Part shown: in pieces, positions 36,401 through 50,123 of the stretch
Numbering within the stretch: position 1 is the stretch's first letter
Layout: the number at the start of each line of letters is the position of its first letter
Origin: Iphione sp. A-MEVVRFRX5
Taxonomy: Eukaryota
Reading direction: 5' to 3'
Assembly: GCA_976226885.1 (NCBI GenBank)
Contig: OZ320318.1
Span: 68,448,001-68,512,000 of the forward strand
DNA length: 64,000 bases
The notes under the pieces: generated by a model
Database searches by the model: none
Seen by the model: the letters and a program-made list of their open reading frames with translations, nothing else
What the model was told of the DNA's origin: nothing
Program-made: the position numbers and the translations under genes

Positions 36401-39400
36401 ACGGCTTCTTGCTTACACGAATAGAGGTGGTTAATTAACAGGCACTGATCGCCTCCATGTGTGCGGTTTCTTGTTAAAATGCAGGCTACAGGGAGCCCTT
36501 CTAATGAGCTTCTTATTAAAGGAGGTTAGGAGATGGTGAGCCGCTCAAAGCCTGCCATATCGGTTCGGGGTCATTACGTTTTATATACGATAGAGGTTAT
36601 TATGCTTTGCAATATTGTCGCTAGGGCCATATTACTGTCACACCATCCGAGCCTGCTATAATGGATCTGCCGCATCCAATAAAACTACTCACTTTATTTG
36701 TTCACTAGGCACGGGGACCGAACGGATGGGGCTTATCGAAAAATCAGGCGGATTTGGCAGCGTGGTCTGCTCTGGAAGTTACCAATGGAACGGCACATTG
36801 CTTTTTATTTCCACCCTGTTAGGATAGAAAGCGTACGATTTCCAGCAGTGCGTTATGCATAAAGGCAATGTCGCTGATGGTATTTATCGCTAGGACAATA
36901 ACTTGCGCGAAAATATATTCCAATAGGCTGCCAAGACGTAAGTAAAAGGTACATCTTTAAAGAAGTCAGTGCCAGAATCTCTAAGAGTCACATTAAGAGC
37001 CAGGATGCTGCAATCGACCTACCTAGGGTTTTTTCCCGCTGAGTCAGCACAACCTACAGTCGACGCTCGGGGCCTCCCTTGTCTTGGTGCCGGGGTTGAT
37101 GCGAACTTGTCAGAGCCTGTATGTACGTGTTCTGACCAGGAACCGATGAACAGACCACGAATTTGATGACATCATTCAAATGCATTTTGGATTCAAATGT
37201 AACGCATAGTCACCTTTAACATGGTTATGCGGATCAGACAATCATCTGTCTCAGCTACTCTCAGTGTAAAAGATGGGAGGAGGTAACTCGAACCACCGAT
37301 TGACCTTAAGGTAAAAAAAATTTACAAAACCTTGCTTTCGACGCGGACAATTTCTATAAATACTGTGAACGGAGGGTTATGTAATTCTGTAAAGTCAAAC
37401 TTAAAGTCCTTTATACCTGCAGTACTCTAAAAGAAATCACGCTCCCATACCGAAATCCCAACGTTTTTTTCTGTCCAGTTGAAATATGAGAACACTCATA
37501 TGAACAGTGCGAGGGAAGGCAGAGGCACACGTACACCTGACACAATGAATGGACCGCAACGTTGGCTATTGGCCGCATGGGAAAGGCCGCTCCTACGGCT
37601 GTGACTTACTTCTTCGCGACTCAGGTCCCTAATCCACCTCCTCCTCCTACGCCTCCTGCTGCCTCCTGCTCTGCTCCAGCACCTTTAATACTCGTCGTCA
37701 CGCCAGCAACAGGAAGACTGGCAGGAGATGGCAGAGGTAGATGGCATCGTAGCGCTGGTAGTGGTGGTTGTGATAATGGTGGGGGATGGCTGGCGCTGGT
37801 CTAGGGTGGGTTAAAAGAGACAGGCCTCTATAGAGCGCTGCTCCCTTCCTTTTCTACAAAGCTTTTTACATGTCTCTCGTAGCAGGCTTTGCTTTGGACA
37901 CATTTTCATATACTACTTACTTCACATACATTAAAGCTGGATCAGAGTGGCACAGCTGATAAGCTAAAGTCGGTTTATTCCATGCTTAGTTTCCTTTTGC
38001 ATTCAAATTAAGTGTTTTTAATACGCGTTCAGTTTGTTCCAAATACAATTTCTGTCTGCTTCATGAATTCCATACTTCGGAAGGGAGAGGGGGTGACTGG
38101 CAGCTTATGAATAATGTCGGTGAATTATGTTGGATGAGAGCTACAGAGCGAAAGGGCCAAGAAAGAGAATAATACTTCTGTGTATTGTTACGAAAGGAAA
38201 TAAATAGAGAACAAGAACTACGTGTAGTTGAAAAGCACACAGAAATGTTTTAGTGAGGATCTGCTCTGGCCATATGTCATCTTTCCCAATGTAATTGAAA
38301 ACAAGGCGAGAACAATGCGAATCCTGCGCTATGTTATGAACAAATACACAGGAACATTGGCAAGGACCTATGCATGGTAAAACTGTCATTCGTTCCCGGC
38401 AAGTACTGGCGGAATGTCAATGAAGGAGCTTTGTTTCTTGAGTTTTTTTTTATATCGGCAGATGGCGCCGGTCGAATACGCCACAACTCTTCGCTAGTGG
38501 CGGCCGAAATGACAGGTGGGCTTTAAGTGGGCGTAGACGCTGGCAGGGAGGTAGAGCTGTGGGCGTGTAATAACGGAAGCCTGGCTATCGCCGCACAGGT
38601 CACAGGCATCGTCCTCTCAGTTCTCGCCCCGCTTCCCGCAAGGTGGTGACCACTGCGGCTTGGGGAGGGGCAAAAGACAGAGCCGTAGGTGGGGCGGGGG
38701 GCATAAAAAGCTCACCATTCAGCGGTAAGCCGCGCCCCGTGGGAATGCTCGCGCCAGGCGTCGCTATGACAAAGGCAGGAAATAATGGCCATCTTGTGCT
38801 CGTGCAGTATTGGCGACAGGTGGTGGGGTGAAAGGCGGGAGGCGGCGAGCAGGGGGGCTGGAAGCATACCCGGGTTACCCGACGGTTGTTGGTTTGTCAT
38901 CTGGTGTTGTCGTCACCGTCGACCTGATCGCTGCTCGTCAACGAAGGGGTACGCCAACTTCCCCTTAAAATCCAACACCGGAAACCTACTGCGTGAATGA
39001 CCATAACATGCTTCTACCCAACCCCGGCACCCCGGTACTCTCTACGACACGGTTCTTCCCTGAGTGAAGCAACATCCAAGGTTCGCAAGTGGAGGGCGTG
39101 TGTGGCACTTGGTAATACTTGAGTGCCGAAAGCAGAGACTGATGGTGCAGTCCGCGATATATTGGACGGGGTCAATAGCGGTGGGCAGAGGGCAAGTAGA
39201 CCGTGAGTCACGATTATTTAAGGGCATTAAGGGCCCCAGGCGTCGCCCTGAGTGCCCGTCTTCACCCAGGTGTTAAAACTGCAGGAGCGGAGTCAGTCAA
39301 ATAGAGAATCGTCCAGCTGCTGATTCCTCATTATTGGAGAATCTAATGGCGCCGTTACGTCACTTTCATCACCCGTGGACGTTCTTTTCATTTGCCATTT

Positions 39401-39510
39401 GCCGGACCGTAGTTCACTTCGACGTCAAATTGGAACTGCGAGAAAATTATTTTAGGAAATAATTCAACTCGGTTAAATATCGCCAGTATTGCCGTCGTTA
39501 ATGCCATTAA

Positions 39511-40576
39511 CCCTATAAGGACCGGCAAAAATGAGCTTTTTGGATTTGATGAGTTCAGTTTGACTTATCCTGTACAGCTGTAAGTTTTAAAACAGTAGAT
39601 GCTTTATATTATCATATATTATATAAAAGCCCTTGGATTGCATGTTATTTTTAAAACAGTATGATTTAGAATATTTGGTTGCCATGGCAACAAGACAGGA
39701 TTGAAGCTGAGTCACAATTTCAAAAATTTATGTAGAATTTATCCTAATTTGTATTACTTGGGTGAAAACATTAAAAAATATTGCTCATAGGAGAAAATGT
39801 TCAATTAAGAAAGTATTCAACAGGTGATTTCCAATGTTCTGAGACCTAATTTGTCTCTGTATGTGATCTGGAACACATTTTGTTATGACCTGTAAGTATA
39901 CATGTTTGGAGAAAAAATAGTGCATCACCATGTGCATCAGCATCACCAATGCAAATTTGATGCATCATGGGATATATAAAGGATAAACAAAATCATAATT
40001 GATTAAGAAATACTAATTAAATATGACTCCTAACAAAACAAACTACTAATTTCCTCACCATTTTCATGATAGAATTAAAAAGAAAGATGCTTTGTTACAT
40101 AAAATGTGTCTGTAATAACTAGAAATTATTATGTAATTATTACATATAGTTTTATTTCTTAATAAAGAAAGCTATAGAGCATTATGAGTTATACTTTAGG
40201 TATTGTTCCCACTAAGGATTAATAAAAAAACATCTGATGACCTGTAGGGATACACCCTCTAGTGTTTCACAGGAATATTTTGATACTATAATGATAATTT
40301 ACATGTTACTTGAAGTTTTAAGACATATTTGTATTAATTTGTCTACAAACATATGTCAACATGCTCAATTTTGAGAAACTTGCAGGTCATGTGACTGTTT
40401 TTCCATGGTAACTCCATGGTGTTTCATATATTTTCAAAAGACAATGAATGGCTTATGGTATGATGTTGCCTTGTACCAAAAATGAAAAAATTCCAAGAAA
40501 TTTCAATCAGGTAGCCCTTGGCTTGACTGCTATCGGTCAAAAATGACCGATTTTTCTATGGGTGGTCCTTATAGGG
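39511..40576. mobile_element. Non-autonomous piggyBac-like element
   Basis: TTAA|CCCTATAAGGACC ... GGTCCTTATAGGG|TTAA: perfect 13-bp TIRs starting with CCC, and a TTAA duplication. The 1066-bp AT-rich non-coding interior interrupts a GC-richer region. Confidence 0.93.
39678..39691. promoter_or_regulatory. Perfect RFX X-box palindrome GTTGCCATGGCAAC inside the piggyBac element
   Basis: Exact match to the established RFX consensus; function untested. Confidence 0.4.
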
Positions 40577-43500
40577 TTAAGGGCCTGCTCTGGCTTCCCT
40601 CTGCGAATGTGTGTCATGTTGTCATAATGAGTGTCCCCGAACTGGAGGAGCGGAGAACATTCGCTCTCGGTTATCACCTCGGTCGATCGCCGCAGCGAAA
40701 ATACCACGTAGCTCCTTTCTGATTGCCATTGGAATCGCATCAAGGTATTATGGGGCTACGGGTAATAGATCGCCGTCAGCGTAGGGCAAGTACGGAGACC
40801 GGGATAATTACTTAATAGGCGGGCGTGCTGCTCATGCAACAGGCAGCTGGAGGACTGCGGGGGCCTCCCGCGGTGAACAGATCAATACGGCCCAGGAGTT
40901 GCGGCGCCTTCGCTCTGAACAATAGCGTTAAGGAGTGGCTCTGCCCAGGCGCTGGAGGACTGCTGATGAAAATTGGCGAATGGTCCCAGTTGGAACAGCC
41001 GGAGGCCTGGATACGACAAGCAGAGTCCCCATTCTCCTCTTGTTTGGATATTAATATTACAATAGGAGCCCCTTTTCCACAGCTTATCTATGCATATTTT
41101 AGGAACGTGGAAGTAACACTGCAATAAAAATATGCGTATAGGCATACATATCATTACATACAGAACAGCTATCCATACGTGGTCATTTATCTTTACCTGC
41201 GGGGATAACATGCAGCATCAAAACGTGCTTACCCTTTTACAGAGAAAGGATTCATCAAGGGAGCAGTAGGACGGGGATTCCCTTTTTTGTATTTGAAAGA
41301 AGGTAATCTTTCTCGGATCACATGTGATTACTTGATCTTTTGGAGCAACGGACCAAGAAAAGTACCTCACGCAACGCTTTTTGTGACTTTCGTCTGCATA
41401 ATGGGAAGGGACCTGGCATTTAAGCAGGAATCAAGCGCTAAATAATCGATATAAACCTTCATGGTTAAGCAGATTCTCTTTCAAGGTAGGAATGTTTTTC
41501 GAGGTGTATGCATCAAGGCGGATGGGTGGACACCAATGTTAGAAACATTGTCATCAGCCAGAACGACTAATGTTCACCAAAAAACGCCCATGGTCGATGG
41601 ATAGCCTGTGCGTGTGTCCGTAGTACACAGGAACTCATTTAGGCATCACCTGGGGAGAATGCCACACAATAAGAGAAGCACTTCTCTCCCATTTTGCAGC
41701 TGACTGGTCCTATGCTGTCATAGCAAGCACCTGCTGCCGAGTTTTAATTAAATATTAGGATGAAGTAATGCGTGAAGATTGGCGCGCCATCAACCTTAGA
41801 TACTGTTTCATACCACTGCCGTTTGAAGAGGAATGTATTCATATGTGCCATTTTCAAGTTCAGTGTATTGTGAGCTGTTTATACCCAGGCGCCCATTGCC
41901 TGTTATGTCAACCTGTGTGGACGGTTGTGTGCTTCTGTGTATGTGTCTGTCACTGATATGGGGTGAATAATACATCAATGCATGTAAGGTCCATGTTTCT
42001 TAATACTAACAACACGATAGCAAATATTATGAATGGATGTTATTTGTTGCACTCTGTACCGCATTACTTATACATATACAAGTCATCAAATGTGATCTTC
42101 CTTTCCTAGAGCTCTATTCTTTACTACATATAGTGCAACTGAAATAATGTGAAAGATGTATGCCAACGAGGAAGTTCGTATCAATTTCTAGGCTCTCGTT
42201 GGGAAAAACAGTTTTGATGTCAGGCCCTTCTTATAGAGGCCTTTTTTCTATCTCTCTTCTATCACCATTCAATGCAGCGTTCATAAATCCCATGTTAGGA
42301 ATACTCCATACAGTAACTGATTTCTTTCACACTCTTCCGTATTCTCATACTCACATTCATATATTCTTTTCTCGATCAGTTGGTCAGTTGGCCGGTTGGT
42401 TGGTTTGTCATGTTCTATCTTTTTTCAAGTTACTTTGAAGTTCTCTTTCCTAGTCTTTCTAATTAATAACTGACTCAAACCTTGAACTCCAGGTAACTGT
42501 GAAGTTGTCTAATTTCTACTGGTACTTTGCCCTATACATGTAGTTTTCTTCCCATATATCTTACCGAATTTCAGTATATTTCCCTACACACTCTGAGTTG
42601 CTCTCCTATACTCCTTTCTCTGCTTCTTCTGATGCTTTCTCTGATTCACATCCATATCTTAGTCAGATCACCTGCTTAACTTACACTTTCTTTCGTTTTA
42701 CTGAGAACGTTTCCAGGCCTTCCTCACTTTGCGACATTCTTATGCGGAGTTCTTACCCGGAACCGACTACGATGCCACAAAACTTCAATTGAATGGTTCA
42801 TTTAGGATTCAGCTCCTCGATGTTCTTTGACGCTGTTCTGGGATTTGAATTAGCCTCCTTGAAGTGGGTTAATGCAGACGTGGACACTCACTCTACACAA
42901 ACACGACACAGCATTCACTGTAGCCTCAATGCCAGACGCCCGGGAGGAAATGCCCCCTTAAGGCTGTGTTTTCATTGATTTAGTTCCCTGAAAGCGCATT
43001 TAACGATCTCAGTAGGTGGAACCTCTTGAATTTAATGCTGTTGAAGGAGACTACCTTTTTCCTATAATGAACACAGATACCAAACAACTTCTCGCGATTT
43101 TTTCATTGATGATTCTATTTGTATTTCTCACGTTGGCTATACTACGAACGTACTTGGTTGATATAATACAAATGCCCCAATGTGTTCCTGCCCTGTTGAT
43201 AGTGAGTTATTTCGTAATAAAGGCTTTGTGATAATGTACATGTTACGTTTAGACTCTAGAATTTTCAGTCTATTAGCTCCCGGTTATATGTCCATGATGA
43301 GACTACTCTTACCAGCCTTTTATCCTGTTCCCTTCATGTGTACCATTTCTCCGGGAAGCAGTAGCGAAGCACACATTACGATTTAAGTACAGCTTTTTGA
43401 CAGATTTTGTTTGATACCTGGCACGTTCCAAGTAAGCATCGTGTAGTAGAAACGGGGTATCAGCACGCATCCAGCAAACGATTTTGCTACACCGTAAGGA

Positions 43501-46500
43501 GAGCAGCCCTCCATTTCGTCTAATTTGTCAATTTAAAATAATCCATAGTATTCAGCCTACGCCTTACGGCGATCAAGGCATAGTTTATCGTTGTATTCAC
43601 CGACCTAGGCTTGACGCTTCAGGCCCAGCTGACATACATGACAAATGTACCAACTGAGATTTAGGACTTGATATGGAACTATGTGAGTTCGTTTGCATAT
43701 TCATGAGACATATCCATCGTTTATTGAAGACCATACTTAAAACACAGTAGGAAAACTTGTAGCAAAAGCCCCTGGATTAACCGGCGGGAATACGCATGGA
43801 AATTTATCAGCGGTTAGGTGTTAAGGACATGTATAGAATAACAGGATAGTACATGGGCATTAGTTCCATGTGAAGAGCAATAATACGAAAATAATGTCAT
43901 GCAAGTTCATACTGGCGAAATCGACACTGAAGGTCGAAAAATCCACGGATTTTTTAAATGTTTAGTTGGTTGATCTCATGTCGTTGCCATCTATCAGAGA
44001 TAACTACGTTAGTGCATTTGGCATGTTCAAAAATATATACTCGGCCTTCTGTCGCTTTGGCGTAGCATTTTTGAAATCGGTGGTGTATACGAGCCAATTA
44101 GAAACTACATCTCATGTAATTAGTTCTCTGAACATCTCTGCATCGAACACTTCTCACAACAACTCTGGCCCTACAGTACTGCTGACACCCCAAGGCAATC
44201 CACTTATGCCCTTCAGATCGAACTTATTCCGGTCCTAACTTTGGCAGTAACGTTTGAATCATGTTTGATTTGATGTTGTCCGCCTTTACAGCCAGCAGTC
44301 CCTTTCGTGCACTGTCCGCGGTAATGCTTTGTAAGTTTGTCGCTCATCAAAAGGTCATAGCATGGCCAGGGCCTTCCTCCCACATCTAACCACAGTCGCC
44401 CTGTCATGCCCACCGCTACTGCCGTGCTTTTCTTGGCTTATCAATCCCCTACCTGCTTGATATGGCCCTCAGCTTTTGGACCGGCTCGGCGATAAGGCCG
44501 TCCACAGCACAGGCGACTTAACCCACTTAGGGAGGCCCTTCCTGCCTGCCGCCAATTCCCATTTCACATCGACGCGTGTTCCCTAGACGCGCCACGCCGT
44601 CGCCCCAGAATGCCCCTAGCTGTCTTTCGTCACCCCCTCCCACATACACATACACGTCTGCTCTACCCTCGCCAACATGGGTCATCCCCGCAAGGCGTCG
44701 TTGACGTCGCCGCCTTAGCAGATGCCCTGCAAGTCTTGGCAAGCAGCCCCACATCAAAGGGAACGCTAGCAGGCGGGGGGGGGGGGGAAGAGGGCGGGTA
44801 TAGGTGGGAGGGTAGGAGGGTGGGAGTGAGATGGCTGCGTGGCGCAGCAAGCGTCCCTTGAAGCGCCCCCCGGTGGCGCGACTCGGCGGGCGCCCTCTAG
44901 TGATAAATGCCACGTGCAGGCATTGCTTCATTTGTTCGCCATTGTTCACGAGGCGTGCCAACATGGCGACTCAGCCACAAGCAGCCAGCTCCGCCGCCAG
45001 GCACGGAGAAGGATAGCATCAATAAATACGTGGCGTCTACTGGACTGCACTCATATTAAATCATGAAGATTCTCGCTTTTATTAATCACAGATGATAACA
45101 TAAAAGGGAAAGCAAAATGTCTCAATTTTTGTAAGAGTTCCATTGTTCCCATATAGAGAGAGCAACAAGCGCCTTCGGTGCCAGCAAACAGACAAACACA
45201 TAAGCTTCCCCCCACCCTGCTGCCTGCCCTTCATCGGGGAGTAGCAGCCGAACTGGTCGAACAGAGGCTGGGAGCCCCCTCCCAACCTGCCGCCCAGTTT
45301 CCAGTAAGGTGATGGTCCTGGCTCCACTGGCTGACTGAAATGCGAGTGGTAGTGGCTGGGGGATGAGGAAGAAAGCTATAGCTCTGCCCCAGCTGACAGG
45401 AAGGTTTGGGTCGTGGTAGTGTGATTAGAAGTTGATGGCCCTGGCCCTTAAAACTTGGTCCAAAATCTCTGTGATGGCTGCCATGTCACTTCGAAGGAGT
45501 GCAACAGAATGGCTGAGGAGGCTCCTGTGCTACCACAGGAAACCTATGCTACAGGGAGACTCACTCCTGCAGCGCAATGATAGTGCATGTGTCCATTCAT
45601 GCCAAAGTCACCAATGCCTGCAAAGATTATCTGTAATGTCTGCTGCTCCCTACCTGCTGCCTGCTCTGCAACAGGGTGGACTGACAGAGGCCCCTCCAAC
45701 CCTGCCCCAACAATGCAGCATGCAGGCAGTGGCCGAACTGACTGAGTTCTTGTCGCAAGGCCCCTCCCACCCTGGCCCCCACCCTCCATCAGGGAGGTAG
45801 CGGCTGGTCAGAGATGGGGGGAAGGGTCAGAGTACTGACTGCTATGCTCAACTACCCATACAAAGCATTGTTATGCTATGCCAAGGGAAACCTTGTGAAA
45901 TTTCGCCATCACAGCGAGTGGTACTGCTTTCGAGCAACGTTTTATACAGATAGTCTCTAACACCTATAGCAGTGTACTTCCTTGGCTCAGCCTGTACCAA
46001 AATGCACACAATCGCATTTAAGGGGGGCATTCTGGAGCTAGATGCCCACGCGATATTGTCGTGGTATCAGTTGCATTAGGGCTGACCAAGCATAAATATA
46101 ACAGGGAGAGCATCGATTCCTAGGTTTGGAGAGAACAATTACAACCATGCCTTCGAGTATGGTGGGTCAATACAAAATAGACGCTAATAGAGCACTATGG
46201 TAAAGGGTCCGTTCACTGAGTCATACTGATTTGATACACTTACGCTATTTTTTATTCAGGGTTATAGTTACAAGTCGTTAAAGCCTGCCAAAGGGCTCTC
46301 AAGCAGGAGGGGCTGAGCGGTAGTCGGATCGTCATGTGGGAGTTGCGCCCTTCAAGTTTGAAGAGCACAAGGGATAATATTCCGCCTGCCTGTCCCCCGC
46401 CACCCACTGGGATCTCGGGGCTGCCTTCTTAGGATTGATTTCCTCGCCCATCCATCACTCATTGGCGACGGCCGCCTATCAAGCACAAATTACAACGTCG

Positions 46501-49500
46501 GAGGTTTGTGACAGCAGAACATGGCTAGACGTACCATTTCCAGCTACCCACCGTCCCCACTCCAGTGGCCTACACAGCAGCGCCGTCGACCTAAGCCGCA
46601 CGTAGGCGGGCCTTCCTATCATCTCGCAGATGGAAGCTCGGTCTCCATCTTATCCGCTTACACCAGGCGAATATTCAACATTGAAATCCCGCCGGGTAGG
46701 AGACCGTCTCTTGTAGGCCGAAGGGTAATGCCCCTTGTCCTTTGAAAAAAAGTAAAAAAATATCATAAAAAAAAGAACAAACAAACAGAGTCTAAGAAAA
46801 ATTGTTCTGCGCCATACTTGTTAACAGTCCACCCTTCGTAAGAAGGTCCGGGAGTATCTTATCCCTAAAGACCTTCTCAAACAAAAGAGTGCATTTCGTA
46901 CACACCTCTGAGAGTAAAGTATCCATATACCAGAAGTACAATATGTGTGACAAAATAATACCTACTCGGTTACTTTCATAGATTAACTTGAGGCTCCATT
47001 CGCTTAGCATCGCACGAGGACCCAAGATGGAACTTGTCATTTCTTCTTTGTCAAAATGACATGTAACTCGTCCGTATCAAGCACGGTGTTGTAGTTTAGT
47101 AGTACATGTATATGTATAATCCTTCTGACCTGAATGGCCGTGCCTGCGACCTGGAGCGCCCCCTCCTTCCCGCCCCCACCGCTCCCCTTCTGGATGGCTC
47201 TATGCTGCTGGCGTCCGAGGGTGGAAGAAAAACACCCACACTTATGGTGGGAATCTTGCCAGGAAAGAGTTCTTTTCCTTGAAGAGCCGAAAGGAAGAAA
47301 CGGCAGACAGAGGAAGACTGGAGTACAGACATGGCCTGTGACCCTATCGATTATAGCGAGGGTTCTCTGCATACTGGAGCCTCAAGAGAGAGGAGGTAGT
47401 TGTGGGACGAGCTTAAACATGTTTATGACAGTGCCTCTTGCTAAATTAGTGTTAAATTTCTTAACCACCGCTTTGGTTATAATAATCAAAGCCTAGAATG
47501 GTGCAGAATTGCAGATATTTAGGTAGGTAGTAGTGAGTTGTTACTGTTAGAAAACCACAAATTCAAAAGAGAACTTGACATACGTACATGTGACATTTCA
47601 TTCCTTTACGTTCAATTTCCATGATCAAGTGCGTCTATGTTCCATGCCTATCCATTGAAATGTTGTGCAGACACTAGGGAAAATGTGGACAGCTGTATAC
47701 CAATATATACATGCATTTTTGGACTGCATATACATGTATATGAAATGTATAGTATCTACTGGTCTTGTGTATACGAATATATAGATCTTGTGTAATATGT
47801 GTCATTTTTTCATAAATTTCTTATAATGGGTCGATATTGTGTAATTTGTCCCATTTGCGCATAAATTGTGCCTTTTTCTGCAAATGTCTACAAATATATC
47901 TTCAGATTTACTCACAGACACACCACACTTGTGCTTTCCTGTGCTATCTGTACCCCTCTTACATATACTACTATGCTAAACATGAAATCATGGGCCATGA
48001 AAAATGGATTAGGTGCCAATCAGAGACATTGCTGATGCCTATCAGGAGCTTATGCAGGTGCACCGAAAGACTCCAGTTGATACAGATGATGCAAAGAAAA
48101 CTCACAAAATCGCTTGCTTTCCAAATGGAAGAGAAAACTCGGTATGTGAAAGTCGGGCCTTTATCCGCTAGTGCATAGACTTTCTGTATGTCTCAGTCTT
48201 TGTCTTCTGTCCCCTTTCACCTCGTCTTTGTGTCACGTTTCGATATCCTGGGTCTCAATTTAATTTTTTAAGACTTAACTTCCTTGGTCGAAAAGCTTGG
48301 AAGTGTTTGGACCCATAACTACGTTTTGGTAGCCGCAAGGCTTATCTGCATAGCACAATATACTGACCGCCTGGACCAAATTATTATAATTGCTGCCCCA
48401 GGAGTTGACCCATCCGGTTAGTGTTTATTTCGAACCCTGCGTATATTCCACTGTATGGTCTAAATATCAGAGCTCAAGTTGGAAACCTCCCAATATTATA
48501 TGTATGAAAGACTGTCTAGCCGAAGCCCTTTCTGCAATAACTTTAGAAGGAGCAGGGCTCTCTATCACGTATATTGGCACTAATAATGGGTGGATTCTGA
48601 AAGGCCTGACACTTAATGAAATAGCAGGCCAATACCAGGAGCCATATATCAACGTCAGCCTCCAATGAAGCTTTCCTCCCGTGCAGTAGCGGATACGCTG
48701 TCTGTCCGTGTATTAGGAGTGACAAAGAGTAGCATGTGGTCAGAGCAGAGAAGTTTTCATGCACCCAAAAATATTGTGATCCATGTGGCTGTAATTTATT
48801 ACACGTGGCTCGCACATCAAATGCGTTGGCGGGAATCTAAAACCATGAAACTTTTAAAAATGTAACTTTGTTTCTGCATTATCTTATCTTGAGGCGCTTT
48901 GTCGTTTCGCTTTGCATTGTTTTAAAATTGCTCCTGCATGAATCCTGAAATGCTTCATAATTTTAGAAGTGAGAAACGGTTTGCTACACTAAGTCGCTGC
49001 CTTATAGGGTCTTTTTGTCACTTTTTAGTCGACCCCTTCAAATCGAGGATTACTGGAGTTGAAGGGATTTTAAACATGAAATTCTGTAATAATGATTGTA
49101 AGATGGAATTCAATGCCGGGGCAGGGTTCATGTGGTGCCTGAAAATTTTAAAGTAAAAGTTATGCTCGTTCCTCACACCCTCCGCAAGCTAATAAGCTGT
49201 CCGTTGAGCCAGCCTTCTGCGAGTTCTAGTGACTAAATCACAAGGCTATTGACAACAGAGATGGGCGGCAAGCATCACCTAAAGCCAGGGCTTTCCCGTC
49301 GTCTCTCCTGCCCGTGCTCACATGGAAGCGTTCTCCTCCTGTGTGGCTCCTAGCCATGCCTGGCCACCCACTTCATTCTCCAGGAGCCTACACCCTCTCT
49401 TCTAGACTAAGGCTACCCGCTGGCAAGTATTCGGTCGATCCCTCAACCCGTGATCGGCGGCCCGTCCGCGGGCGGGTCTGTCCGTCCTCGAGGCTGGCTA

Positions 49501-50076
49501 TCCCAATCTCTCGCTTCCACTCCCTCCTCCCGCCCACCTCCGTGCTGGACTCGGCAGGGTAGAAAAGTGCTGGCGAACGGCCTATTGAACTACCGCAATT
49601 CAAAACAGAAGGGCACCGAGTGGGCGGACCCCATCTCAACGTGAGTGGGCGACAGGCGATGAAGAAGTAGTTTTCTCACAGTGGCGGGAAGAAGGAGCGT
49701 TAGAAGGAGGGGGTTCTAAGACGAGAAACAGACTTAAAACGAACAGCAAAACCAACAACAACAACAACCAGCACACTGAAAGGCATAGTGAGAAGGACGG
49801 CACCATAGCGTTGGATAATTTGCAGGAAGGAAACTGCTAAATGAAGGATTCGCCATGGCAGACATCGCCGCAGGGAGGGAAAGAGAGAATTCAGGCCGTA
49901 TTGACGAGGTCATGCTGTAGTCAGTGATGAATCGCGACGGGCTCAGTGACCGTCCGTCGGGCGCCGGATCTCCCTCCTCCTATCTCCCCTCCCCCGCCCT
50001 CACCCATCCTTGCATCGGGTGGGTCAACCCTGCGTGTAATTCAGCGGACAGATACCCGCCGTTTGACAGCAAGACG

Positions 50077-50123
50077 TGTCTAGCATTATCATGTCTAGCA
50101 TTATCATGTCTAGAATTATTATG
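50077..50123. repeat. 15-bp minisatellite, 3 copies
   Basis: TGTCTAGCATTATCA x2 plus TGTCTAGAATTATTA. Confidence 0.9.

Noticed and set aside
37270-37310. B-box-like GGTTCGAGT (- strand; also TTCGAATCC at 61021) as tRNA or SINE
   Set aside because: No A-box at the proper spacing and no cloverleaf
42140-42310. Ankyrin-like AALNGD...EGPDI on the - strand
   Set aside because: Register is off by one, there is an in-frame stop, and it is a single copy with no splice sites
43016-43386. Hydrophobic ORF pair resembling a multi-pass membrane fragment
   Set aside because: T-rich DNA yields hydrophobic translations; no family motif
46792-47040. KILPDLL resembling a YqaJ-like exonuclease C-terminus
   Set aside because: The upstream catalytic and YYxQxQ motifs are absent
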